Assembly: GCA_963702845.1 (NCBI GenBank)
Contig: OY969763.1
Coordinates: 1,856,001 to 1,920,000, forward strand
DNA from: an uncultured Verrucomicrobiae bacterium
GTDB lineage: Bacteria; Verrucomicrobiota; Verrucomicrobiia; Limisphaerales; Palsa-1400
Reading direction: 5' to 3'
Length of the DNA stretch: 64,000 bases
Both the position numbers and the translations under genes were made by a program. Shown here piece by piece: positions 1 to 11,930 of this stretch; within the stretch, counting starts at the first letter, position 1, and every line of letters begins with the position of its first letter. Below the pieces are notes generated by a model. The model saw nothing but the letters and a program-made list of their open reading frames with translations, was not told where the DNA came from and made no database searches.

Positions 1-1695
1 TGCCGCTGCAACCGCTTCGCCCAGGCCGCCTTCGTGATAATGATCTTCAACGGTGACAACAACGTTGTTCGTTTTTCGTGCAGCCTCACGCAGCAACTCA
101 GTCGCCAGAGGTTTGATGCTATAAGCGTCGATAACCGTAATGCCAATCTGCTCATGGTTCAGTTGGTCCGCGGCTTTCAACGCCTCATGGACCGTCACAC
201 CACTGGCAACAACGGTGACTTGATCGTGGTCGTGTTGGTGCAGGATTTTTGCACCGCCAAATTCAAAATCCTCATCCACACTATAAAGCACCGGCGTTTT
301 TGGTCGTAACGTGCGCAAATAGCTGATCCCATCGTGGCGCGCCATCGCTTCGACCAGACGCTCTGTACTGACGGCGTCGCATGGACAAAGCACAACACTG
401 CCTTCAACAGCGCGCATCATAGAAATGTCCTCGAGCCCCATTTGCGAAGGCCCGTCTTCGCCGATGCTGACTCCGGCGTGCGACCCGCAAAGTTTCAAGT
501 CCGCAAACGAAACTGCGGACATACGGATCTGGTCATAGGCACGGCTCAGGAAGCAGGCGAACGTCGACGCAAACGGTTTTTTGCCGCGCGTGCCCATGCC
601 AATCGCCACACCAACCATGTTCTGTTCAGCGATGTAGCACTCGACCGATCGTTCTGGGAATTTTTTGAAAAATGTTTCGGAATAAGTGGAATTCTTCACG
701 TCGCCGTCGAGCGCAACAACGCTCTGATCAACCTCCCCGATGCGAGCCAAGGCTGTTCCGTAAGCTTCACGCGTCGCCACCTTGTCCCCTTGCTTATAAG
801 AAATGGGCGGAAAATTCGAAGTCCGCACGCGAGGCTTCGGCTCGACCTGTGCCGGCTTCGGAATGTTAATTCCCACGACGGACTGCGCCTTCGGTAGTAA
901 CATTGCGATCGCCTTCTTCGCGTCGGCTTCCGGCAATGGTTTACCGTGCCAGTTGTCTTTGTCCGCGACCTCGAGGCCTTTGCCTTTGATCGTTTTCGCA
1001 ACAATGCAGAACGGCTGTTCGCCCTGGCCAACCGTCTTTAACGCGGCGAGAATTTCCTCAACGTTATGCCCGTCGATCGTTACCGCGCGCCACCCAAACG
1101 CCTCGAAACGCCGTCGGTAAACTTCCACGTCATGACCAAATGCAGTCTGCTGGCTTTGCCCGAGCCGATTGACGTCGATGATTGCGACCAAGTCGTTAAG
1201 CTTGCGAACACCGGCGAGCGACGCAGCTTCCCAAACACTGCCTTCAGCACATTCGCCGTCACCGAGCATTACGTAAGTACGAAAATCGAAGTGATCAATG
1301 TTCGCACTAATCGCCATTCCAACTCCATTGCTCAGACCTTGACCAAGCGAACCGGTTGCAACATCGACAAACGGCAATCGTGGAGTCGGATGACCCTCCA
1401 AATCAGAATCGATTTTCCGCAGGTCGATTAAGCGTTCCACTGGAAACAAACCGGCTTCGGCCCAGGCCGCATAGAGCAGGGGGGCGGCATGGCCTTTCGA
1501 GAGAATGAACCGGTCGTTATTGGGGTATTGCGGATTTTTAGGATCAAACCGCATGTGACCAAAAAACAAAGCGGCCACCAACTCCGCGGCGGAGCAGCAG
1601 GAAGTTACGTGGCCGCTTCCAGCCGCTGTTGTGGCGGCAATGGAATGGATGCGCAATTGATTAGCAATTGCTTCAAGTTGTTTGGGAGTCGCCAT
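1..1695 (-). CDS. tkt: Transketolase, 3' end runs off the window start
   Basis: Manual translation from ATG at 1695: MATPKQLEAIANQLRIHSIAATTAAGSGHVTSCCSAAE...DRFILSKGHAAP...EGHPTP...VATGSLGQG...GDGECAEGSVWEA; near base 1 it reads VVTVEDHYHEGGLGEAV. Absent from the ORF track because no stop codon lies in the window. Confidence 0.93.
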   Translation of the reverse strand, partial: MATPKQLEAIANQLRIHSIAATTAAGSGHVTSCCSAAELVAALFFGHMRFDPKNPQYPNNDRFILSKGHAAPLLYAAWAEAGLFPVERLIDLRKIDSDLEGHPTPRLPFVDVATGSLGQGLSNGVGMAISANIDHFDFRTYVMLGDGECAEGSVWEAASLAGVRKLNDLVAIIDVNRLGQSQQTAFGHDVEVYRRRFEAFGWRAVTIDGHNVEEILAALKTVGQGEQPFCIVAKTIKGKGLEVADKDNWHGKPLPEADAKKAIAMLLPKAQSVVGINIPKPAQVEPKPRVRTSNFPPISYKQGDKVATREAYGTALARIGEVDQSVVALDGDVKNSTYSETFFKKFPERSVECYIAEQNMVGVAIGMGTRGKKPFASTFACFLSRAYDQIRMSAVSFADLKLCGSHAGVSIGEDGPSQMGLEDISMMRAVEGSVVLCPCDAVSTERLVEAMARHDGISYLRTLRPKTPVLYSVDEDFEFGGAKILHQHDHDQVTVVASGVTVHEALKAADQLNHEQIGITVIDAYSIKPLATELLREAARKTNNVVVTVEDHYHEGGLGEAVAAA

Positions 1696-1763
1696 AATTT
1701 GATTCCTCCTCGTCCCGCTCCTCGAACATCAAAATCGAGGACACGGACGAGAACGATTGGTTG

Positions 1764-2060
1764 TTATTCCTCTCCCACAAGCACTGTCGCTACCGGTTTA
1801 TATCCGCTTTTCAGCAACAGTTCGTGCAACTCCGGAATATTTGTCCGGCGCGCATCGAATGTGACAGTGGCTACTGCATTTTCGCGATCGATCTTAATGG
1901 ACTTCACTCCCGGGTTCTGGTGAAAGGCTTTTTCGATCTTCTTAACGCACCGGTCGCACGTCATGCCGGCGATGCCTAAAGATTTCGTTTCCAGAAGTTC
2001 CCCTTGTGCAGCGGTTGTGTGAATCCCACGTGTCGCGACCTCGGTATTGGTCTCGTCCAT
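1764..2060 (-). CDS. Heavy-metal-associated (HMA, CopZ-like) domain protein
   Basis: GMTCDRC metal-binding motif; ATG at 2060 preceded by a GGAGGA Shine-Dalgarno. Confidence 0.85.
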   Translation of the reverse strand: MDETNTEVATRGIHTTAAQGELLETKSLGIAGMTCDRCVKKIEKAFHQNPGVKSIKIDRENAVATVTFDARRTNIPELHELLLKSGYKPVATVLVGEE

Positions 2061-2164
2061 ACTGTAATTCCTCCTGTGAATAACTCGCACAGGAACTGCG
2101 TGGGGGCAACCACTGAAAAAGAGACAGGGACTACCCCGTTGAACAAACAGTAACCACTATTCGT

Positions 2165-3910
2165 TTATGCAGCCATCGCCCGCGGCGGATCGGTCGGCTT
2201 CGGAGCTGATGGTTTGCCGTTTTTTTTGGCTAAAATTTCCTTAGCGCGTTCAAGTGAGATTTCGATATCCGCGCACGTGTTTTCGCGACCGAGGACATCG
2301 AGAAACCCAGAACGATCCATCATGAACAGCGGCTGTGTGTGTGGGCCGCTCAGGATGAGATACTTGCCGCGCGCGCGCAGTTTGTTGTGCAAACTCTCCA
2401 GTGCAGCTAATCCGGTCGCATCCATCGCCAACACCTTTCGCATGCGCAAAATTAAAATATCCGGTTCCTGTCGCGCACGCTTAAGCGCCGTCTCCAGCTT
2501 GTCGACTGCCCCGAAAAAGAATGCGCCGAAAATCCGAAACACCATTACTTCCGGGGGAATTTCTTTTCCGATGATTGAGTGATGTGCACCTTCCGTTTCG
2601 GTGCTTTCGTCGACTGCCGTGACCTGCGTCGTTTCCGAAATGCGTTTGATGAACAGCACAGCTGCGAGCACCATCCCGATTTCCACCGCATACACTAAAT
2701 CCACCAGCACTGTTAAACCAAACGTCGCCAGGAAGACCGCCGCATCGCTCTTTGGCCAATGACTCAAACGCGCAAAATGCCGCCAGTCCCCCATGTTAAA
2801 TGCGACGATCACAAGCACCGCACTCAGCGTCGCAAGCGGAATATGCGCTGCCAGTGGCGCGGCCGCTAAAATAATCACGAGCAGCGTGATTGCATGGACG
2901 ATTCCAGCGACAGGCGTGCGACCGCCATTTTTCACGTTCGTGGCGGTGCGCGCGATCGCGCCAGTTGCCGGAATTCCGCCGAACAACGCCGCGCCGATAT
3001 TCGCCAAACCTTGCGCCATCAATTCCTGATTGGAATCGTGTTTGTCGTCGATCATGCCGTCGGCAACAACCGCGCACAGCAGCGATTCAATCGCGGCGAG
3101 CAAAGCAATCGTCAGCGCGGGACGAAAAAGTCCCTGCACATCAGTGAACGAAATGTGCGGAAACTGCAGAGGCGGCAGCGAACGCGGAATGCCGCCGAAA
3201 CGCGAGCCGATTGTTTCCAAACCCCACGTTTTATCGAGCGAAAATACCATCGTTGCAACGGTCGCAAAAACCAGCGCGACAATCGAACCGGGCACGCGCC
3301 GCGCGAGCTTTGTCGGCCACGCAATGATGATCGCCAGCGAACCCGCAGCCATGACAAACGTCTGCCAGCCCATTGCGTTGAACCCATCTACTGCGAATAA
3401 TTTGAACGCCTCAATCAGTTTGCCCACAAAATCCGCTGGAAGTTTTTCGATATGCAGCCCGAGAAAATCTTTGATTTGCGTGCTGAAGATCAGCACCGCG
3501 ATCCCGGAAGTGAAACCCGTGGTAACAGGGTGGGGAATATATTTGATCATTGTGCCCATGCGCACCAATCCCATGATGAGCAGAATGACGCCGGCCATAA
3601 TCGTGCACAGAATCAAATTGTTCAGCCCGTACTGCGTGATGACACCGTAAACGATCGCAACGAATGCGCCGGTCGGCCCGCCAATTTGCACGCGTGAACC
3701 GCCGAAAAGGGAAATAATGAAACCGGCAACTATCGCCGTATAAATGCCGGCGCGGGGATCAACTCCCGACGCAATACCAAAGGCCATTGCCAGCGGCAGA
3801 GCAACGATACCGACCGTGACACCCGCGGTCAGATCGCGGAAAAAATCCCGTCGCGAATACCCCTTGAATACCTCCAATAATTTCGGCCGAAACGGAGATT
3901 TAGAAAACAT
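2165..3910 (-). CDS. sulP: SulP/SLC26 family anion permease with C-terminal STAS domain
   Basis: DLTAGVTVGIVALPLAMAFGIASG, GGSRVQIGGPTG, NQELMAQG, ATGAIARTA and STAS-like MDATG motifs. Confidence 0.92.
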   Translation of the reverse strand: MFSKSPFRPKLLEVFKGYSRRDFFRDLTAGVTVGIVALPLAMAFGIASGVDPRAGIYTAIVAGFIISLFGGSRVQIGGPTGAFVAIVYGVITQYGLNNLILCTIMAGVILLIMGLVRMGTMIKYIPHPVTTGFTSGIAVLIFSTQIKDFLGLHIEKLPADFVGKLIEAFKLFAVDGFNAMGWQTFVMAAGSLAIIIAWPTKLARRVPGSIVALVFATVATMVFSLDKTWGLETIGSRFGGIPRSLPPLQFPHISFTDVQGLFRPALTIALLAAIESLLCAVVADGMIDDKHDSNQELMAQGLANIGAALFGGIPATGAIARTATNVKNGGRTPVAGIVHAITLLVIILAAAPLAAHIPLATLSAVLVIVAFNMGDWRHFARLSHWPKSDAAVFLATFGLTVLVDLVYAVEIGMVLAAVLFIKRISETTQVTAVDESTETEGAHHSIIGKEIPPEVMVFRIFGAFFFGAVDKLETALKRARQEPDILILRMRKVLAMDATGLAALESLHNKLRARGKYLILSGPHTQPLFMMDRSGFLDVLGRENTCADIEISLERAKEILAKKNGKPSAPKPTDPPRAMAA

Positions 3911-4156
3911 GGCACAACATTCTTTTCTGGATATTAAAAATGCACCAGAAAAAACTTTCATGGAAATTTTTTAACTGAGCAGATCGGTAGGCTCCTCAGC
4001 GATACGACTGAATTTTACCATCGCAAGGGAATGTGAGTATTGACCTAAGTCGTGTCTATCGAACAAGGTAGAAGTCGATACCAATGAGCTCTGTCGGCAT
4101 AACAACATTTGTCGTGACAAGCGACGGCAACCGCCTATATTGCAGCACTCTTTGAC

Positions 4157-4231
4157 GACCCTATCGTCTAGCGGTTAGGACACTGCCCTTTCACGGCAGC
4201 GGCACGGGTTCGATTCCCGTTAGGGTCGCCA
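4157..4231 (+). tRNA. tRNA-Glu (anticodon TTC)
   Basis: GACCCTA acceptor pairs with TAGGGTC; D-arm TCTAGCGGTTAGGA; anticodon stem CTGCC-CTTTCAC-GGCAG; T-arm GGTTCGATTCC; encoded CCA. Confidence 0.96.
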
Positions 4232-4568
4232 TTCTTTTTTCCGACCTGCAATTCTCTTGTAACATGTTGAAGATGAGACTCGTTGTGGCGGTTCGATATT
4301 CTCCATCCTTAAATTCGAGTCCTCCGGGGAAAAGTAATTTTTGAAACCGCTGTCTCTGTGACAGGGAGAATTCCTTCCAAAGGTGCGCCGCGTTCGTCAG
4401 GACATTCTCTGCAAGCGCGAGAACACCTTCGATGTCGAGTTCATCGACCTTTGCTTCTTCGAGTTCAAGTTGTACCCGTCACCATAAGTTCGTTAGTTAA
4501 GAAGGAACAAAACAATTACGAACTGTCAGTTCGTTCCCGTCAAGTCTGTTGTCGGGCACGATTGCGAC

Positions 4569-4799
4569 GTGGAACTGTCAAAGACGCAAACGCAAAAAGC
4601 TTTCGGAGCTAATTTGCGTCGCGTCCGAACCGCTGCCGGTTTTACTCAGTCAAAGCTCGCCGAATGCATCAACCTCGAACTACGCACCATACAGAAGTTT
4701 GAGGCAGGGGAAATCAACGTCCCCCTGTTCAATATCGTGCGACTTCAACGCGTGCTGCGCTGTTCTTGGCAGGATTTGTTAGGAGAATCCAAACAATAG
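4569..4799 (+). CDS. XRE/Cro-family HTH transcriptional regulator
   Basis: FGANLRRVRTAAGFTQSKLAECINLELRTIQKFEAGEINV is a typical HTH_3 pattern. Confidence 0.8.
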   Translation: MELSKTQTQKAFGANLRRVRTAAGFTQSKLAECINLELRTIQKFEAGEINVPLFNIVRLQRVLRCSWQDLLGESKQ

Positions 4800-4831
4800 G
4801 CTGTTGTATGCCGTAGTTGCATTCAACAGGA

Positions 4832-5182
4832 TCATTTGCCCCAATAAGTGATGTCCCAGCTGCTTTCAAGTTTCGTAGCCTGAGGAATAAACAACCTGTG
4901 GACTAGCCAAATCAGCTTGCGCCCGGCGGCGTTTGGAACCCGGTTTCCTTTTTCCCATTTGCGCACAACAACAACCGACACTCCGAGCAACCCCGCCAAC
5001 GACGCTCGTGACAAGACAAGCCGCTGGCGTAGATCGAGGAGCATTGCCTGAATCTCTGGTGGTTTCGGGGCAAACAGCTTTGACAACTGGACTGCCAGTT
5101 CGCCGGACAGATTTGGTCGAATTCTCGTCCCATCAGTCAGCGCTATAACGCTTCGCCGATATGAGATTCGTTGACCGTTCAT
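4832..5182 (-). CDS. HTH-domain protein (XRE/antitoxin-like)
   Basis: LRQRLVLSRASLAGLLGVSVVVVRKWEKGNRVP HTH pattern. Confidence 0.65.
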   Translation of the reverse strand: MNGQRISYRRSVIALTDGTRIRPNLSGELAVQLSKLFAPKPPEIQAMLLDLRQRLVLSRASLAGLLGVSVVVVRKWEKGNRVPNAAGRKLIWLVHRLFIPQATKLESSWDITYWGK

Positions 5183-5619
5183 TGGTGATACCTTGTATCA
5201 GATATGGTCACACAACGCACGTTTCATCCGTTTGTGATCCTGACGTGGCGTATTTCTAAAAGAGTCAATTTGAAAAACGTCATACTGGAAGCACAGAGGC
5301 ATCTTCGTTCGCTAATTTGACCCCCCGGCCACCCCCGCTTCCCACCGGGGGAGGGCACCGGTTCCAACTACGGACAGTCGGACCTATTGTTTTGGCATCG
5401 GCGACGGTGTGTCGATCAATTCGGTTGACGCGATTCTACTGGTCGTCAGCGTTGATGTTGGTATAACCGATTCAGTGGCTTCGCCGGTAAATGCGTCGCA
5501 AAAGACGACTAGACGCTTTCCGGCTGCGACTTTTCCGAAGGTTTTAAGTTGCCGTAGGAAGGAACAAGTTTGATTCCATGTCGCACCCGTTAGGGTCGCC
5601 ATCATTTTATCCCATGGTG

Positions 5620-7198
5620 ATGGCATCCGCCGTTTACAAACTGCACGCCGCTCTCGCAATCGCCTTTCTCATTTGCTTCGCCGGAACAGCGAGCGATGCA
5701 TCAAATCAGCTTGCAAATATTCCTGCAGTTCGCGCGCAGAATTTCAAAACCCAAAAAGTCTATCAATCACAACAACACCCGAGTTACACGTCGTGGACTT
5801 CGTTTTTTCCGGGTGAACATGGCCAATGGTATTTAGGCTGTGAAGAGGTGACCACGCCCGCCACGCCTTTGCCTCGTCCATCGAGAGAATGGCTATACGG
5901 AATGAGCCTTCCACGCGGCTACGAGCAATCCAAGTTTCTCAAACAACTTGTGCTGCTTCAATCAGATGACGATTTGAAGTCGTGGCGCGTCATCTCGCGT
6001 GAAGACGTCCGAGAAAGCGGCGGATCCTTTGGTCAGGCCCGCACCATAGACGGACGATTTCTTCGTTTCGTCTGGGCCTGCTATTCGGAGGACCTTTCCA
6101 CAAAGCCGAACGAAATCTTTTACGAATCCGACGACGACGGAAAAACGTGGAACAAAAAGCCGCCATTCGTCAGTGATCGATTCGCATGGTATCCGCATCG
6201 CCTGCGCACTCTGCGGGAGGGGACATTGGGCCTCTGCGCGCCCAGAGCGTTCAAGTGGGGAAATGGAACCGATTACCCAGTTCGCGCCGCCATCAAGCTC
6301 GACACCATGAGTGACATGGAAATGATGTTGTTCTTTTCGCGCGACCAGGGAAGAACCTGGTCAAATCCGCTGCCGATCCTGAGTGGCCAGGCGGTGTCAG
6401 AAACCGATTTTGTCGAACTACCCGACGGAAACCTTCTATTCTTTAATAACAGCATTTTCGCCCATCCCGGCCGGCAATTTGTATATCGCGATCGAAACCG
6501 TTTTACGCCCGGCCCGCTGGAGCTTGTCCATTCGGGAACAGTTCCCGAGTCCGTTTGTTTGATCGAAAATGGCATTCTCATCGGCTGCATGCGTCCGGGG
6601 AAATATTCTTGGTCAACCGACCTCGGGCAAAATTGGCAGCCGCTCGAAGGTGCCCCCGACAACATGGACGTCTATCAGCCGTGGATTCAACACCTCGGTC
6701 ACAGCCGCGTCGCCTGCGCCGGCCACCATGGCGCTGATGATCCGATCGGCGGCCGAGACCAATTTATCAGCGTCCAAACGTTCGATGTCGAAACCCTCCA
6801 AAAACGGTCCGATGCAAAACTTTGGATCGAGCGAGACATCGACGAGCTAAAGCACAATTTTCTGAACGCATTCGAAATCTCGCTCACTTCAAATGGCGTA
6901 GCGGTTACGAATCGAGACGTCGAGGTTTGGTATGTCGCTCGCGGCGCGCCTGGTTACGATTCCTGGAACAGCCGACCCCTGGCAGATACGGATGAAGATG
7001 GGCGGCAAAATAGTCACGCTGGGCACCGACAAAAATGGCCATGCCAAATTGCGCTTGCCGGAATTCGATGGCATCACAGACATCCACGCCAGCTACCAAA
7101 TGGTGGTCCGCTTCAATGCCAGCCAACGTTACATCGACTTCAATCCCACCCAACTTCCACAAGTCGAATACTACGCCAACAGCGGCTGGGACCCGTAA
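5620..7198 (+). CDS. Secreted sialidase/BNR (Asp-box) repeat protein; one apparent frameshift near 6985
   Basis: Signal peptide; Asp-boxes SDDDLKSW, SDDDGKTW, SRDQGRTW, STDLGQNW. The plausible C-terminus continues in the 6932..7198 frame. Confidence 0.7.
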
Positions 7199-7849
7199 CT
7201 ACTGAACCAACGCGTAATCAACGCCCGGCTGTGTGTAGGAAAACGTCATTTCGTTCGAGTTAAACCGACCATACGTTCCCGCGTGCGTGTCGGCGAAGAG
7301 CACGTTGACTTTATGATTGTGCGCCGGTGACGGATTCCAAAAGAGCGTGTCCTGCGTGTAATTATCCGGATCGGCATCAGTCGGCGTAAAATCCCAGTTA
7401 CAATCGCCAGATAAGATATATTGGCTCGGCACGAAAACTTTCTTTAGCGAAACCGGCGCGTCATTGTCGTTCGCATCGATGTAAGCAGCCCGCGATCCGA
7501 GAAAATAACTGTAGGGCGACTGATGATAAAATTCAGTGAACGCCGCGCACCGCACGACGTTCGTGTTTTTGTAATACGGCGCGAGCATTCGCAACCACGG
7601 AACCGGACTCGTGCTCGTCCATGGCACATCGCCGTTCGCCTGCGGCAACAACGACACATTGTCGTCCCCGTACATCACCATCGCGTTACCGAGTTGCTTG
7701 AGGTTGCTCATGCATTGAATGGTGATCGCGCGCTCTTTTGCTTTCGCCAGGCTCGGCAACAGCATCGCCGCAAGTATCCCGATGATGGCGATAACCACCA
7801 ACAGTTCGATTAATGTAAACGCACCGTTCTTTGCTCGTGATGTCTTCAT
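7199..7849 (-). CDS. Prepilin-type N-terminal cleavage/methylation domain protein
   Basis: [26 protein letters not shown]...CMSNLKQ...[11 protein letters not shown], the family with the H-X9-DG-like tail typical of PVC bacteria. Confidence 0.88.
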   Translation of the reverse strand: MKTSRAKNGAFTLIELLVVIAIIGILAAMLLPSLAKAKERAITIQCMSNLKQLGNAMVMYGDDNVSLLPQANGDVPWTSTSPVPWLRMLAPYYKNTNVVRCAAFTEFYHQSPYSYFLGSRAAYIDANDNDAPVSLKKVFVPSQYILSGDCNWDFTPTDADPDNYTQDTLFWNPSPAHNHKVNVLFADTHAGTYGRFNSNEMTFSYTQPGVDYALVQ

Positions 7850-7907
7850 ACAAAACGCTCCGTTCTGTATGACTGACTCGATGCCCGCTGCCGAATATTC
7901 AAACCAA

Positions 7908-8989
7908 CTAGCGAGGTAAAACTTTTCGCAAAATCGGTGTAACCTTTTCCGCCATGCGATAGAACCCGAGGTCAGTCGCATGCGTCCCATCAACCGTTGC
8001 TTCACCATCGCTGCCGATCAAATTGTTCGACGGTCACATACTGCAAATTGCGCACGCCTGAACGTTTCAGATTTTCGTATGCTGTTTTGAGCGCCGCATT
8101 TGATTTGATGTAACCGCGCCACCCTTCAGCAAAGGGCGCATCGCAATACTCAACATTTTCAACGAGCACGATCGGCGTCTTCGGATGCGCGGCGCGCAAC
8201 GTTTTCACAAATGGCTCCATCCTCTCGCGAACTTTGACCTCCGTCATATTCGGCAGCGGATCGAGCACATAAACTTGCGGATCAAGTTCCGCGAGCAATT
8301 GCGCCAGCTCCGGTTCCGACCATGCGTTTCCGGAAAACCCGAGGTTGATTGTTGGCCAATCCAACCAACGTCCAACAATCGCCGGATACGCCATGCCAGG
8401 TCGCGAAGCGCAACCGCCTTGCAGAATCGAAGTACCATAGAAGACGATTGGTTTTCGCGTTCGGACGGGTGCTGGTTCGCAGATGCTGTTTGTCGTCACG
8501 CCGATCTCCACCGACTCGACACCATTATACAACGGCAGATAAACCATGTATTCCCGCGTGCCCGGTTTTATGCCGCGCACAAGTCGCAACTTCGTTGGAA
8601 GGAAACTGCTTCGGCCGGCCCTGCGCCAACCCAGTGCCACTTTCCATTTTCTTTGGTGTAAAGATCAAGACCGCTGACGCCGCTGGCTGGCATGTGCGCC
8701 ATGGCAAGTTGGTTCTGCGCAAAACCCAACGCGCCGCAATCTCCGGCGAGTTGCAGATGAATCGTATCGCCATGCCCGCTGAGTCTTGCGACAAACTCCA
8801 CACAGCACCGCGCACAACGCCTTTGGCCGACTAAGGAAGTCGATCGTAGAACTTAAACGTATTCGTCCACCCTTTGCCTTCGACGGTCAGCGCGCGCGCG
8901 TCATGCCAAATCAGATTCTTCGATGCACTTGTATCCGCAGCGGAGCAGGTGAGGGCGAAAAGCACTAGAGCAATGAGTTGCTTGAACAT
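7908..8989 (-). CDS. SGNH/GDSL hydrolase with N-terminal GxDLY domain; about 3 apparent frameshifts
   Basis: Pieces in consecutive frames: MFKQLIALV...YDRLP / SAGMAIRF / SGVSGLDLY / [18 protein letters not shown]...NLGFSG / [15 protein letters not shown]. Confidence 0.75.
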
Positions 8990-9199
8990 GCCGGAAGGTT
9001 TTCCGAAGATCGCGATGTCTACAAACAAAAAGAACTCTCCCTCTTGAGACATCCCGAGGGAGAGCAACGGGCTACCCCACTCGGGGCAGTCCGTTCTCAC
9101 ACAACATCTCTGCCGTGCGAGTCGCGTTTACTCGTCAACGAACTCGCAAAGAATGTCTGTCAGACGAACAGTGGACTGCATGTCCGTGTTTGTCCGACG

Positions 9200-11813
9200 T
9201 CACTTTACTTGCGTGAAAATTTCAACGAGTCGCCATCGCGCAGTTACTTTCACGCGATCGCCAGGCTTGAATTCACCGTCGAGCAGCTTGACCGCGAGCG
9301 GATTCAGCAAGCTCATCCTGAATCGTGCGCTTCAGCGGCCGCGCGCCAAACTGTGGATCATAACCTTCGCGCGCAATCAACTTCTTGGCTGCGGAATCGA
9401 TGTCCAACGTCAGACGCTGCTGCGCCAGACGTTTCTCTACCGTGCGCAACTGGATTTCCACAATCTTCTCCAGTTGCTCCTCGTCGAGGCTGCGGAAGAT
9501 AATAATTTCATCGACGCGATTCAGGAACTCAGGCCGAAAATATTTTCGCAACTCCGCTTTCACCAACTGCTCCATTTCAGCATGCGCCGTCGGGCTCTTC
9601 GATTTCTCCAGCGAATAAAAATCGTGAATAATCGGCGACCCTATATTGCTCGTCATGATGATGATCGTGTTCTTGAAATCGACCGTGCGTCCCTGACCAT
9701 CGGTCAGACGCCCGTCGTCGAGCACTTGCAAAAGAATGTTAAACACGTCCTGGTGCGCTTTTTCGATTTCATCAAACAACACCACGCTATATGGACGTCG
9801 GCGCACCGCTTCGCTGAGTTGCCCGCCTTCTTCGTAGCCAACATATCCCGGAGGCGCGCCGACGAGGCGAGCGACCGTGTGTCGCTCCATGTATTCGCTC
9901 ATGTCGATGCGAATCATCGCGTTTTCGTCATCAAATAGGAATTCAGCCAACGCCCGCGCCAGTTCAGTTTTTCCGACACCTGTCGGTCCGAGAAAAATAA
10001 ACGAACCCATCGGCCGATTCGGATCCTGCAAGCCGCTACGCGCACGGCGCACCGCATTTGAAACAGCGCGAATCGCCGGTTCCTGGTCAATGACACGCTG
10101 GTGAAGGCGGTCTTCCATTTTGACGAGTTTCTCGCGTTCGCCCTCGAGCATTTTCGTGACGGGAATGCCGGTCCAGGTCGCAACCACTTTTGCGATATCT
10201 TCCTCAGTGACTTCCTCGTTCAGCAAACGCTTGCCCTGTCGCTCAGCGAAATCCTTTTGTGCCTTGGCCAATTTGTTTTGCAGATCGGGAATCTGGCCGT
10301 ATTGGATTTGCGCCGCGGTATTCAAATCGCCAGCCCGTTGCGCAGCGTCCATCTTGTTTTTAGCTTCTTCCAGTTGGCCGTTGAGAATAGCAATCACGTT
10401 GATCGCAGCTTTTTCGTTCTGCCATTGCGCTTTGAGCTTCGAGGATTGCTCTTTCAAGTTCGCCAGTTCCTCCTCGAGCTTTTTCAGACGCTCACGTGAC
10501 GCGGCGTCCTTTTCCTTTTTCAAGGCGGTCTGCTCGATTTCCAACTGCATGATCTTGCGCTCCAGTTGATCGATTTCCACCGGCATCGAATCCAGTTCCA
10601 TGCGCAGACGCGACGCCGCTTCGTCCATCAGGTCGACCGCTTTGTCAGGCAGGAAACGATCGGTAATATATCGATGCGACAGCGTCGCCGCCGCCACAAG
10701 CGCAGCGTCTTGAATGCGAATGCCGTGATGCACTTCATAACGTTCTTTCAAACCGCGCAAAATCGCGATCGTCTCATCGACACTCGGTTCATTCACATAA
10801 ACCGGCTGAAACCGCCGTTCCAGCGCCGGATCTTTTTCGATGTGTTTGCGATATTCGTCCAACGTCGTCGCGCCGATGCAGCGCAGTTCACCGCGCGCGA
10901 GTTGCGGTTTGAGCATGTTCGAAGCGTCCGTTGCGCCTTCGGCCGCGCCCGCGCCGACGATTGTATGCAATTCGTCAATGAATAAAATGATCTTACCTTC
11001 GCTGGACGTGACTTCCTTCAGGAACGCCTTCAATCGATCTTCGAATTCGCCGCGATACTTCGCCCCGGCGATCATTGCGCCGAGATCCATCGAAATAAGG
11101 CGCTTGTTCTTGAGCGTTTCCGGAACGTCCCCGCTAATGATGCGCCGAGCCAATCCTTCAACTATGGCCGTCTTACCCGTGCCGGGTTCACCGATGAGGA
11201 CAGGATTGTTTTTGGTGCGACGGGTCAACACCTGCATCACGCGCCGAATTTCCTCGTTGCGACCGATGACAGGATCGATTTTGCCCGAGCGCGCCATCGC
11301 CGTGAGGTCACGCCCGTATTTGTCCAAAGCCTGAAACTTGTCTTCCGGGTTCGGGTCCGTCACGCGCTGGTTGCCGCGCAATTCCGCGAGCGCCTTAAGC
11401 ACCTTGTCACGCGATACGCCGGATTGCTTCAGCAATTTCTTTAATGTCGAACTGCCTTCATCCAACAACCCAAGCAGCAAATGTTCGGTGCTGATGTATT
11501 CATCTTTCAACTTGCCGGCCTCGCGCATCGCTGCGTCCAAAGTCTTCTTCAGGGCCGTGCTATAAAAGAGGTCCGACGAAGGTGCGCCGTGAACTTTGAC
11601 TTTGCGCTCCAGTTCGGAATCAACATCACCGGCGAGTTTCGAAACCGGCACGCCGAGCTTTTCCAAGAGGGCAGGGACAAGGCTGTCCGTCTGGGCCAAC
11701 AGGGCGGACATTAAATGATCTGCATCCACTTCCTGGTTGGCGTAGGTGTGCGCTGCCTGTTGCGCGCCTTGCAGCGCCTCTTGGGCTTTGATCGTCAGCT
11801 TGTCAAGTTGCAT
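9200..11813 (-). CDS. clpB: Chaperone ClpB; frameshift(s) in the last ~35 codons
   Basis: Two AAA+ modules ([16 protein letters not shown]), coiled-coil middle domain, [10 protein letters not shown]. The true C-terminus ([10 protein letters not shown]) continues in another frame. Confidence 0.95.
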
Positions 11814-11930
11814 ACCTAAGTATTCAATGAATACGTCCCAGTGCAACATCGTCTACAGACTGAGCTCAAATTCAGTTCGTGCGCGCAGTCGTTGTGTGTT
11901 CGTGTAACTGATTAAAACCAAATCGACCGC

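Larger units (their letters stand above)
4216..5602. mobile_element. Small tRNA-anchored islet bounded by a 17-bp direct repeat (attL/attR-like)
   Basis: CCCGTTAGGGTCGCCAT at 4216-4232 (tRNA 3' end) recurs at 5586-5602. The interval holds two HTH genes and no integrase. Confidence 0.7.

Noticed and set aside
34..1923. Plus-strand ORFs of 60-190 aa over tkt, and similar antisense ORFs over clpB, alaS, sulP and the primase
   Set aside because: Shadow ORFs opposite well-supported genes, with no recognisable motifs.
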